From the IMG/VR virus record IMGVR_UViG_3300003937_000247: a stretch of 64,000 nucleotides of DNA; one strand, written 5' to 3'. The stretch comes from a virus. Of this stretch, positions 56,074-64,000 are shown piece after piece. The position numbers were made by a program, and so were the translations under genes. Each line of letters opens with the position of its first letter. The stretch's first letter is position 1. The notes beneath the pieces were generated by a model. The model had not been told where the DNA came from. It saw only the letters and a list, made by a program, of their open reading frames with translations, and ran no database searches.

Positions 56074-56723
56074 GTACTGAAACAAGAAGTAACAAAGCAC
56101 TTCAAAGACTTTCGTTTATGGGTGATTGGTTACAAATGAAACAACGTATTGATACAAGACAAATAATGAAAGACCTTGAGCCTTATAAAGAGGATTGGAA
56201 ACCTTACAATTTAAGAAACTCAAACAATAGGTGGGGATTAAGTATTACTAGTTTAGATGGTGGTTTAAGTGGCGTACCTGATTTAGATAGTTTACTACAA
56301 TATAATAAATTAAATAAAACTAATATTACAAATCATCATATAAAAAAATACACCGAAGTATATAAGAACTCGGAAGAACTACAGAAACTTATCGCACCTT
56401 GGAAAGATTGGTTAGGTAGATGTCATTTTCTAAAACTAAACACAGGTGGATATTTTCCTGAACATTATGATATAAACAAAATAGAATATGGTTTTGATGA
56501 AATAAGATTAATTGCTTTTATTAATAACTGTAATAAAAAAGATTTAAAATTTATCTATGAGGATACAGTTAGAGATGTAGAAGATGGCACGTTATATTAT
56601 TTTAACGCAAATAAAAGACATTCAGTCTTTAGTACTTCAGACGATATAATAATGGTAGTTTTTTGTATGAAGTTTGATGACACATTGTTTGAAAAATTAA
56701 TAGAAGAATATAGGTTTGCATAA
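56070..56723 (+). CDS. 2OG-Fe(II) oxygenase, Asp/Asn beta-hydroxylase-like
   Basis: GG.FP.H.D; G..Y.FN..K.HS. Confidence 0.8.
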   Translation: MSTETRSNKALQRLSFMGDWLQMKQRIDTRQIMKDLEPYKEDWKPYNLRNSNNRWGLSITSLDGGLSGVPDLDSLLQYNKLNKTNITNHHIKKYTEVYKNSEELQKLIAPWKDWLGRCHFLKLNTGGYFPEHYDINKIEYGFDEIRLIAFINNCNKKDLKFIYEDTVRDVEDGTLYYFNANKRHSVFSTSDDIIMVVFCMKFDDTLFEKLIEEYRFA

Positions 56724-57253
56724 TGTGGTATCATAGAAAATTTAAATTACGATATGACGCTAACGTGTTCAATGATATAATTGAATATGCTAAAACAGCA
56801 GAATGGAAACAAGGTTACGATCAAAATGGTTTAATATGGAACATTGAAGAACTGCCTTTAAAACCTGAACAGTTTCCTATACTAAATGAATTATACGAAG
56901 GTCTAAATGCAGAATTTAAAAGACCTTCTTTTTTCCTCAGCAATGTAAAACCAGGTGGGTTAGTAAATCATATAGACCATAACAAATGGGGTAATCTTGG
57001 TATACCAATACTAGGAGATTTTAAAAATACACCTCAATATTTTTACGACCAATTCAATCATCCTGTAGAGTCATTTATAAATGATAGTCCTGTTATATTC
57101 AACACACGTATGCTACACGCTGTGCCTAGAGAATTAGACGACACAGGACCGAGATGGATTTTAATGATGGATTTATTTGATTGGGTTGATAAGTTATTTG
57201 CTAAAGTTGATAATAAAACAATATGGACAGACACAAAGAATTTTAATGCGTAA
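56723..57253 (+). CDS. 2OG-Fe(II) oxygenase-like
   Basis: PGG...HID ... NTR.LHAV ... R. Confidence 0.72.
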   Translation: MWYHRKFKLRYDANVFNDIIEYAKTAEWKQGYDQNGLIWNIEELPLKPEQFPILNELYEGLNAEFKRPSFFLSNVKPGGLVNHIDHNKWGNLGIPILGDFKNTPQYFYDQFNHPVESFINDSPVIFNTRMLHAVPRELDDTGPRWILMMDLFDWVDKLFAKVDNKTIWTDTKNFNA

Positions 57254-58937
57254 CTTTTATTTTTTACAATTACCTTTGACAAGTGACGCTGCTTGTTTAC
57301 CTCAAGCAATAGGTACTATATGGAGTTATTGTGAACAATTTAAAGAAGTAAATACAAAATATAGACTTTCAGGTGTATGGTGGATAGAAAAGATAGACAT
57401 AATTGAGCCAGACGTTGTGGCTGCAAGTTGTTATATGTGGAACTGGAAAGAAACATATGAAGTATTAAAAGATGTAAGACGTAGGTATCCTAAATGTAAA
57501 ATAATTGTAGGTGGTCCTGATCCACAATATACATCTGAATGGTGTAAAAAGCATCCTGAAATAGACGCTGTGATGGCATACTATGGTGAAGAAACTATGA
57601 GAAGATTTTTAGTTGAGGACAATTTAGATATACCTGGTATAGTTACTAAAGATTTTAACAATGCAGCTCAGGCAGAATATGCTGATCCTAAAATGATTCC
57701 TAGTCCATATCTAAATGGATTCTTTGATAGGTTATTAAAAGGTGATTGGAGTACTAAAAAATTCCGCTATAATAAGAAACCAATTAGAGTAATATTTGAA
57801 GGTAATAGAGGTTGTCCTTATACTTGTTCCTTCTGTGATATTGGTCACAAGAAATATACTAAAATACAAATGTTTGATACAGAAAAATGTTTACAAGAAT
57901 TGCAATGGATGTGTGAAAAAAATGTAAGTTCCATAGATGTTGCTGATAGTAACTTTGGTATATTTCCTAGAGATGAAAAATTTGTAGATTATATAGTATC
58001 ACAAAAAAAACTTGGTGTCTTTAATGGTAGATTTATGCCTACTTGGGCAAAAACACACGGTGACAAAATAATCAGATTAGCAAAAAAATTGCAAGACGGT
58101 GATGTAGATGAGATATTTGGATTTAGTTTACAAAGTACAAATCCTGAAACTTTAACTAAAATAAAAAGAAGAAATGCGTTTGATATAAAAGACTTTAGAC
58201 CTATTATAAAAGATTTAAAAAAGGATGGTGTTTCATCATATACTGAATTAATATTCCCTTTACCAGGAGATACACTTGAAACATTTAAAAATGGTTTACA
58301 CGAAATAGTTAATATGCCTGCACCGTTTGATATGATACAAATTAATACATTAAGTAGATTAAGTAATACAGAATTTAATACTGGATTTCCTGAAATGAAA
58401 TGGAAGAATATAAAAGGTACTGCAAAACCATATAACAATGATGTTATAGATGAGATTGCTGTTGCAACAGACACAATGACAGAAGAGGAAGTGTTTGAAG
58501 GATTTTTCTATAGTAGAAGTTTTATTATACCAATGTATTGGTATGGTCTATCAAAATATTTAGCAGATTGTTATTATGATATTAATAACAATAGAAGTGA
58601 ATTATATAAAAACATTTATAATAATTTATTTCAACAAAAGGTATTTTCTGATCATAAGTTGGAAGTAAAAGAACATTACTTTAAAGCAATAAACGATTAT
58701 AAAGATATTGGATATAAGATACTTATTGATGATATAAATTACTATACAGATACAGCTTATTCTCATTTGTTTTATGTTGAGAATAATATATTTGGTACGC
58801 TAAAAGAAATGTATCCTGAATATGATGAAATTATTGACCAAAATAGAAATGATTTCAGACCTATTTTTGATAAAAAGGAATGGCTACGGGATATTCACGT
58901 AAGAGGAAGATTTGGCGAATCTTGGAAAGATGTATAA
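57246..58937 (+). CDS. cobalamin (B12)-binding radical SAM enzyme
   Basis: S.YMWN, VGGP, GE (B12 domain); PSPYL.G; RGCPY.CSFC; DSNFG; S.QS; ELI..LPG; start at MRNFY. Confidence 0.9.
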   Translation: MRNFYFLQLPLTSDAACLPQAIGTIWSYCEQFKEVNTKYRLSGVWWIEKIDIIEPDVVAASCYMWNWKETYEVLKDVRRRYPKCKIIVGGPDPQYTSEWCKKHPEIDAVMAYYGEETMRRFLVEDNLDIPGIVTKDFNNAAQAEYADPKMIPSPYLNGFFDRLLKGDWSTKKFRYNKKPIRVIFEGNRGCPYTCSFCDIGHKKYTKIQMFDTEKCLQELQWMCEKNVSSIDVADSNFGIFPRDEKFVDYIVSQKKLGVFNGRFMPTWAKTHGDKIIRLAKKLQDGDVDEIFGFSLQSTNPETLTKIKRRNAFDIKDFRPIIKDLKKDGVSSYTELIFPLPGDTLETFKNGLHEIVNMPAPFDMIQINTLSRLSNTEFNTGFPEMKWKNIKGTAKPYNNDVIDEIAVATDTMTEEEVFEGFFYSRSFIIPMYWYGLSKYLADCYYDINNNRSELYKNIYNNLFQQKVFSDHKLEVKEHYFKAINDYKDIGYKILIDDINYYTDTAYSHLFYVENNIFGTLKEMYPEYDEIIDQNRNDFRPIFDKKEWLRDIHVRGRFGESWKDV

Positions 58938-59548
58938 TGTTAATTGAACAAGGTAAATTTTATGTTAAATGTCATAACATATATTACAACCAACAATGGT
59001 TAGTTGATGTGTTAGATAGTTTATCTCCTAAAGATTGGGTAGATGGTGTTAGCACAACAGGTGTGGCATGGACAGTTAGTGAATGTAGAACTATTCCATA
59101 CGAAGGAATGTGGAAAGATATTGTAGAAAATATTAATTTAGATACTGTAGGAAGCTCAGAAAGAGGACTAGAAGATAAAAAACCTTGGTGTTTCTTTTCT
59201 AAATTACCACCAGGTGGTATCAATCTTCATTATGACCATAGACGTTGGGGTGCTATACTATTTCCTGTAAGAGGTAAGTTTGAACTTACGCCTCAAATAT
59301 TTGCAACTGAAAATTATACAGAAATAGAAAGATTTAATTTTGAGAAAAGTAAAATACATAACAATGGTACACCAGTATTTTTTGACAGCAGAGTTTTACA
59401 CGCTGTACCTACACCTATAGATGATGAGGAAGAAAGAGTTGTATTTTCTGTCAACATACACTCACACCCTACAGAAATGTATAAGAAGGCAATAGATGGA
59501 ACTTGGTTAAATAAAAATACAGAAAATATAGGAGTATCAAATGACTAA
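58937..59548 (+). CDS. 2OG-Fe(II) oxygenase-like
   Basis: PPGG...HYD ... DSR.LHAV ... ERV; start MLIEQG via TAATG. Confidence 0.72.
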   Translation: MLIEQGKFYVKCHNIYYNQQWLVDVLDSLSPKDWVDGVSTTGVAWTVSECRTIPYEGMWKDIVENINLDTVGSSERGLEDKKPWCFFSKLPPGGINLHYDHRRWGAILFPVRGKFELTPQIFATENYTEIERFNFEKSKIHNNGTPVFFDSRVLHAVPTPIDDEEERVVFSVNIHSHPTEMYKKAIDGTWLNKNTENIGVSND

Positions 59549-60143
59549 TTTCTATTCTATACAAGCAGATAAATTAAAGTTTGATAGAGATATGCTGGTT
59601 GACTTTTATAAAACTGTGGATCAAACTAAATGGATACATAGACAGGACAAGTTACCTCAATATTGGCCTATAGATGAAAATAATAGTTTTGATCGTAACC
59701 ATGAATTTTATAAACTACTCGTAGAGAATATCAATGTTGATGTAGATGAAAATAGAATATATTTTAGTAGAGTACATCCTGGTGGTATACCAAATCATTG
59801 GGACTTTGAAAATTTTACTAAATTACAATTTCCAGTTATTTGTGATGAGAAGAATGATGACTGGTCTAAAACACCAGTAATTTTTATAGACCAATTTGAT
59901 CAAACTGTAGAGCGTGTAGAACATACAAATAATACACCTCTACTTTATAGTGCTAATTATATGCACGGTACAATTAAATCTTTAGATAACCATAATGATA
60001 GAATAACATTTGTTGTTGATTTAAAATTTTGGTTTGAAAGAGTTAGGATAAAGTATAACGAGGGTACTTTATTTACGAATAACAAAGCGTTTTCTTGGAG
60101 TGACACCACGTTTGTTATGGACGAGGACCCACTCGTTAATTAA
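59541..60143 (+). CDS. 2OG-Fe(II) oxygenase-like
   Basis: PGG...HWD ... MHG ... RIT. Confidence 0.72.
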   Translation: MTNFYSIQADKLKFDRDMLVDFYKTVDQTKWIHRQDKLPQYWPIDENNSFDRNHEFYKLLVENINVDVDENRIYFSRVHPGGIPNHWDFENFTKLQFPVICDEKNDDWSKTPVIFIDQFDQTVERVEHTNNTPLLYSANYMHGTIKSLDNHNDRITFVVDLKFWFERVRIKYNEGTLFTNNKAFSWSDTTFVMDEDPLVN

Positions 60144-60172
60144 GAGATAAGTATAATATAGAAAAGGAAACA

Positions 60173-60373
60173 ATGAAAAAAATAGTAATGATAATAGGAA
60201 CACTTTTAATAACAGCTGCAATAGCAGGTTGTTCTATACCTAAAAATCCAAAACTAACTTTTGGTAAGAAGTGTGTAGATAAAGGTGAAAATATTGTATA
60301 TTCATATGTATGGTTATATGATAAAGAAGGTGGCTTAGAAGCCAACGAAGATACTTGTAAAAAGATTGACTAA
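60173..60373 (+). CDS. small lipoprotein
   Basis: MKK + hydrophobic stretch + IAGC lipobox; FGKKC...SYVW. Confidence 0.7.
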   Translation: MKKIVMIIGTLLITAAIAGCSIPKNPKLTFGKKCVDKGENIVYSYVWLYDKEGGLEANEDTCKKID

Positions 60374-60392
60374 ATAACAACACTAGTTTATT

Positions 60393-60911
60393 GTGAGGTA
60401 TATTATGATGAGATTGATTATGACATTTTTATGTATTTCAGGCGTTCTTGCCTTGGGAAGGATAATTCCACATCCCCCAAATTTCACACCAATATTAGCT
60501 ACAGCAATCTATACTCCATATTTGATTAATGATAGATGGATTGCAATGGCTATTCCTTTGTTAGCAATGTTTATTGCTGATATAGTTATAGGTTTTCATC
60601 CATATATGTTATGGGTATATGGTGCGATAGGTTTATCAACTTTAATTAGTGATTGGTCAATGCAGTTTAATAAAAAGTATATTCAATTAGGTGCAATGGC
60701 AATTGTATCTTCTGTATTATTTTTTATCATAACAAATTTTGCAGTATGGACTATGTGGGATTATTATCCAAAAACAATTGATGGTTTAATAATGTGCTAT
60801 ACAATGGCAATACCTTTTTTTAAAAATACATTATTAGGAACTATAGTATATACATCACTTATAGTATTAACAGTTCAGAAAGGAATGAAATATGCGAAAA
60901 ATTATATTTAA
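60393..60911 (+). CDS. DUF6580-family membrane protein (ECF S-component-like putative vitamin transporter)
   Basis: R.IPHPPNFTPI; PL..M..D...G; SS.LFF.ITNF.VW; CY..AIPF..N; multiple TMs. Confidence 0.75.
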   Translation: MRYIMMRLIMTFLCISGVLALGRIIPHPPNFTPILATAIYTPYLINDRWIAMAIPLLAMFIADIVIGFHPYMLWVYGAIGLSTLISDWSMQFNKKYIQLGAMAIVSSVLFFIITNFAVWTMWDYYPKTIDGLIMCYTMAIPFFKNTLLGTIVYTSLIVLTVQKGMKYAKNYI

Positions 60912-61077
60912 AATAATTTTGTTAATGGGATTAGTAGGCTGTTCAAGTCATACATTCGCACCAGATACAACGACATTAAAATATGGTCAAACTGGCCAAG
61001 ATGGTGATGGTGTTAATGGTGATTACGATTCAAATAATTTTGCCATTACACAAACGTTTAAATGGTCAAAACAGTAA
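60892..61077 (+). CDS. small lipoprotein
   Basis: LVGC lipobox; C-terminal QTFKW. Confidence 0.6.
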   Translation: MRKIIFKIILLMGLVGCSSHTFAPDTTTLKYGQTGQDGDGVNGDYDSNNFAITQTFKWSKQ

Positions 61078-61091
61078 GGTAGTTTTTAATA

Positions 61092-62381
61092 ATGCCACCC
61101 GATCTTATACTTTGGGCAATAATTGGTACCTTTAGTGGTGTATTATTTGGTCTTATACCTGGTGCAGGAGCTTTTATTGCAACAGCAATTTTATATCCTT
61201 GGTTAACTGATATATCTTCCATCAATGTTATGATGTATTATGTAACAGTTTTGATAGCGACACAATATACAAATAGTGTTACAGCAATTCTATATGGTAT
61301 ACCTGGTGACGCAGCTGCTATGGTTACAGCCCGAAATGGACATAGACTATTCTTAAAAGGTTTTGGTCACTTAGCCGTGACTAGTAATGCAGTCAGCAGT
61401 ACAGTTGGAGTTATATTTGCAACAACTGTTTTTATTTTAATATTACCCACAGTTATAGAAGTGTTTAGATTTTATAATAGTGTACTACAAACTTTTATTA
61501 TTGCAGCTGTAATATTAATGATTACTTTTTTAACTAAACAAAACAAATTGATAACAATATCATTTTTTGCATTGGGAGGTATACTTGCAAAAATAGGTGT
61601 TGATGGTGTTACATTTGATAAATTTCTAGTGTTTAATAATTCATATTTGGCAATAGGTGTACCTTTTGCAAGTGTGATGATTGGGTTGTATATTGTACCT
61701 GAATTATTAAGATTGAAAAGTTTTAAAATTGAAACACCTAAACGTATAAATACTTTTACAGTTGGTAAAGATACAACTACGCCTACACTCATAGGATGCT
61801 TCGTAGGTTTTTGGTGTGGTCTTGTACCAGGTGTTACAAATATTCTTGGCAGTTATGCTAGTGCAAATATTGTTAAACGGTTTTTCAAAAAACCAGTACT
61901 AAAAAGCATAGCAGCCGCAGAGGCAGCAAATAATAGTGGCGCTCTAAGCTCACTCTTGCCTTTGCTTATACTAGCGATACCTATCACAGGTAGTGAAGTG
62001 TTGATATTTTATATTATGTTAGAAAATGGTTTTACTTTCAACGCTACAAATACAGTTAATAAATTAGGAGATATAATTTATATTATTCCTTTTGTTACTG
62101 TTTTTTGCCTTTGGTTAAGTTGGTATGGCTTCAATCTGTTAGGAAAGATTGCATATTACTATAAGAGATATAGAAATATTGCCAATCTCATTCTCCTCTC
62201 TACAATCGGTACAGTAAGTATTTTAATATTTCCAAAGCACGAATGGATGTTAATTTGCATACTTACTCTTTCTGCTATCGGTTTTTTACTCAAACGCTGG
62301 GATACAAGTCCTGTTATATATGGATATTTCTTAAGCGATTTATTTTACGAAAATTTAATTAGAACACTAATTATCTTATAA
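61092..62381 (+). CDS. tctA: tripartite tricarboxylate transporter permease TctA-like
   Basis: GLIPG.G; AIL.GIPG; G..PG; AAAEAANN; LL.L.IP; many TMs. Confidence 0.88.
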   Translation: MPPDLILWAIIGTFSGVLFGLIPGAGAFIATAILYPWLTDISSINVMMYYVTVLIATQYTNSVTAILYGIPGDAAAMVTARNGHRLFLKGFGHLAVTSNAVSSTVGVIFATTVFILILPTVIEVFRFYNSVLQTFIIAAVILMITFLTKQNKLITISFFALGGILAKIGVDGVTFDKFLVFNNSYLAIGVPFASVMIGLYIVPELLRLKSFKIETPKRINTFTVGKDTTTPTLIGCFVGFWCGLVPGVTNILGSYASANIVKRFFKKPVLKSIAAAEAANNSGALSSLLPLLILAIPITGSEVLIFYIMLENGFTFNATNTVNKLGDIIYIIPFVTVFCLWLSWYGFNLLGKIAYYYKRYRNIANLILLSTIGTVSILIFPKHEWMLICILTLSAIGFLLKRWDTSPVIYGYFLSDLFYENLIRTLIIL

Positions 62382-62397
62382 TAAAAAAGGAAAAAAA

Positions 62398-63183
62398 ATG
62401 AAAAAAATAATGATGATACTATTGAGTATGTTTATAACAACCTCTTTGTACGCTCAAGTAACAATAGTGAACCCAGGTTCAAGCGAAGGTGCGTTTAGAC
62501 AAGTACTCACAACAATAGGTTCAACATTTGACCACGACTTTGTTCAGGCTCATAATCCAGTTACTGCTTATTCTTACATAGATGGAGCAGTTGACGGTAC
62601 TGAACCAATGTTAACTGTTTGGTCTAGTGAATGGCCAGGTGATGATAGTTTACAAAGTCCAAAAATATCTAAAGATAATATAATTGCTTTGATGACATAT
62701 GAAACGCTTATATGTAGCAGACAATTCAATTCATTAGAAGATATGGGTGGTAAAACTGTTAAGATTGCAACGTGGGGAAGTGAACCTGTTGCAAAATTTT
62801 TAAATAATTTAGGTGCAAAGTATGATGTTAATTTTGTAGTTGTGCCTTATGGTGGAAGCGGAAGTACAACAAAAGGTTATATTGGCAAAGACGCTAATAC
62901 AGTCTTTACAATTACTTCACGCCAATCCGCATTGGAAGAAGATACGTCAACAAAATGTATTGCCTTTTCTGAACACGGTGATTTCGGTTTTAGATTTTTA
63001 GACGCTATTATTACTGTCAATGCTAATGACGCCTTGGTTAATGAATTACGTTCTACTGTAACAAACCTCTCTAATACTGACGAGTGGAAAAGTAAATTCA
63101 AAGGCTCTGTAATTTACATAGGTAACGGCACAGATAAAACAATTAATATGTTTGAAGAAGCTGTTTTAAACTTTAGTAAGTAA
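62398..63183 (+). CDS. periplasmic substrate-binding protein, TctC/Bug-like
   Basis: Signal peptide; VPYGGSG (TctC vPY.G.g motif); follows tctA. Confidence 0.65.
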   Translation: MKKIMMILLSMFITTSLYAQVTIVNPGSSEGAFRQVLTTIGSTFDHDFVQAHNPVTAYSYIDGAVDGTEPMLTVWSSEWPGDDSLQSPKISKDNIIALMTYETLICSRQFNSLEDMGGKTVKIATWGSEPVAKFLNNLGAKYDVNFVVVPYGGSGSTTKGYIGKDANTVFTITSRQSALEEDTSTKCIAFSEHGDFGFRFLDAIITVNANDALVNELRSTVTNLSNTDEWKSKFKGSVIYIGNGTDKTINMFEEAVLNFSK

Positions 63184-64000
63184 TACAATTATGTAAGAGC
63201 TGATTGGCATCCTTATAGTTGTCAAACAGCTCTTGCTGATCCCTGCCAGTTATGTTTAGATTTACATTAAATTTTCTGTTTTGTAGATTTTGAAATTCAG
63301 GTATTTCCATATCAACTTCTAATTTTCTATTCAGATAGTTCCAATATTTTTCAATAACTTCTAAATTTTTTATATCTTTTATTACACCAGGTTTTAATTG
63401 AGTACAACCCCACAATAGGTGATTAGTTATTTCTGGTTCTTTATTATTACCTATGTTAGCAAATATATTATTGCCAGGTAGTTTATCTAAAATATTAATA
63501 AACTGTCCTATTCTAGGATTAAAATCTATTGCAATTAACTTATAGCCTGATATATGAAAGTCAGGACCTGCAAAATTCATCTCTTGTATATTTAATTTAT
63601 CAACAATAGTTTGTAAAAACTTTAATATCTCTCTATGTTTTGTTGGCATAATTTCAACAACAGGAACAGACCAACAACACATATCTCTAGCAATATCACT
63701 TTTTGTACTGTTAGAATGTTGTTGAATAGGATTGTAATTAAAATCTAAAATATCACCATACTTTACTTTAGATTGTCTGGTATAAAATAGTATATCTACT
63801 TTACCGTTCTTTACATAACCCATTGGAGATATTGAAGGCTCTTCACTCCAATAATACCCTTGTGCCATTATTCTACAAGGTGTGTTATTAAAGTTTTCGT
63901 TTTGAATACCTTTTTTGTTTATATCAAAGAAGTCATTATGATAATCTATCTTACTTAAATGATCCAAAAAGTGGTGTTTATTATTCCATCTTCTATACTC
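63173..64000 (-). CDS. ATP-grasp domain protein (5' end probably outside the window)
   Basis: Q.Y; D.......IDFNPR.G ATP-grasp metal-binding motif; frame open to the window edge. Confidence 0.65.
   Translation of the reverse strand, partial: EYRRWNNKHHFLDHLSKIDYHNDFFDINKKGIQNENFNNTPCRIMAQGYYWSEEPSISPMGYVKNGKVDILFYTRQSKVKYGDILDFNYNPIQQHSNSTKSDIARDMCCWSVPVVEIMPTKHREILKFLQTIVDKLNIQEMNFAGPDFHISGYKLIAIDFNPRIGQFINILDKLPGNNIFANIGNNKEPEITNHLLWGCTQLKPGVIKDIKNLEVIEKYWNYLNRKLEVDMEIPEFQNLQNRKFNVNLNITGRDQQELFDNYKDANQLLHNCITY

Noticed and set aside
60173-61077. RiPP precursor peptides for the radical SAM enzymes
   Set aside because: The small ORFs have lipoprotein signals and lipoboxes; no leader/core pattern, RRE domain or peptidase-exporter seen

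Overview
AT-rich (roughly 30-33% GC by eye) segment of a T4-like myophage genome. The host is most likely a marine alphaproteobacterium (SAR11/Pelagibacter-type pelagimyophage), inferred from gene order, composition and an alphaproteobacterial-type permuted tmRNA. Left to right: (i) small early ORFs with Fe-S/iron accessory genes (SufT/DUF59, SufE, ferritin-like), an M15 peptidase, an exonuclease and a two-piece tmRNA; (ii) gp33-gp59-gp32 and an orphan ApaLI-like endonuclease; (iii) baseplate/tail genes (gp4, gp2, gp54, gp26/gp51, tape measure, gp48, gp53, gp27-like, gp5); (iv) an ~8.5 kb insert between gp5 and PAAR/gp25 carrying IscA, a sulfotransferase, a QueC-like ATPase, a radical SAM enzyme with two stand-alone SPASM-like proteins, a nitroreductase and a serine hydrolase; (v) PAAR, gp25, gp6, gp7, gp8, a VrlC-like protein and fibre genes; (vi) a ~20 kb tailoring-enzyme island with late-promoter motifs (epimerase, glycosyltransferases, methyltransferase, carbamoyltransferase, DegT aminotransferase, three radical SAM enzymes of which one is B12-binding, four 2OG-Fe(II) oxygenases, a DUF6580 transporter, TctA/TctC, ATP-grasp). 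Most notable: the phage-borne permuted tmRNA, split radical SAM plus free SPASM modules with phage-supplied Fe-S assembly genes, a likely -1 frameshift fusing gp26 to gp51, repeated leaderless late genes, and a GGCC-rich, skew-inverted gp5 region. All assignments come from motif recognition by eye; no searches were run.
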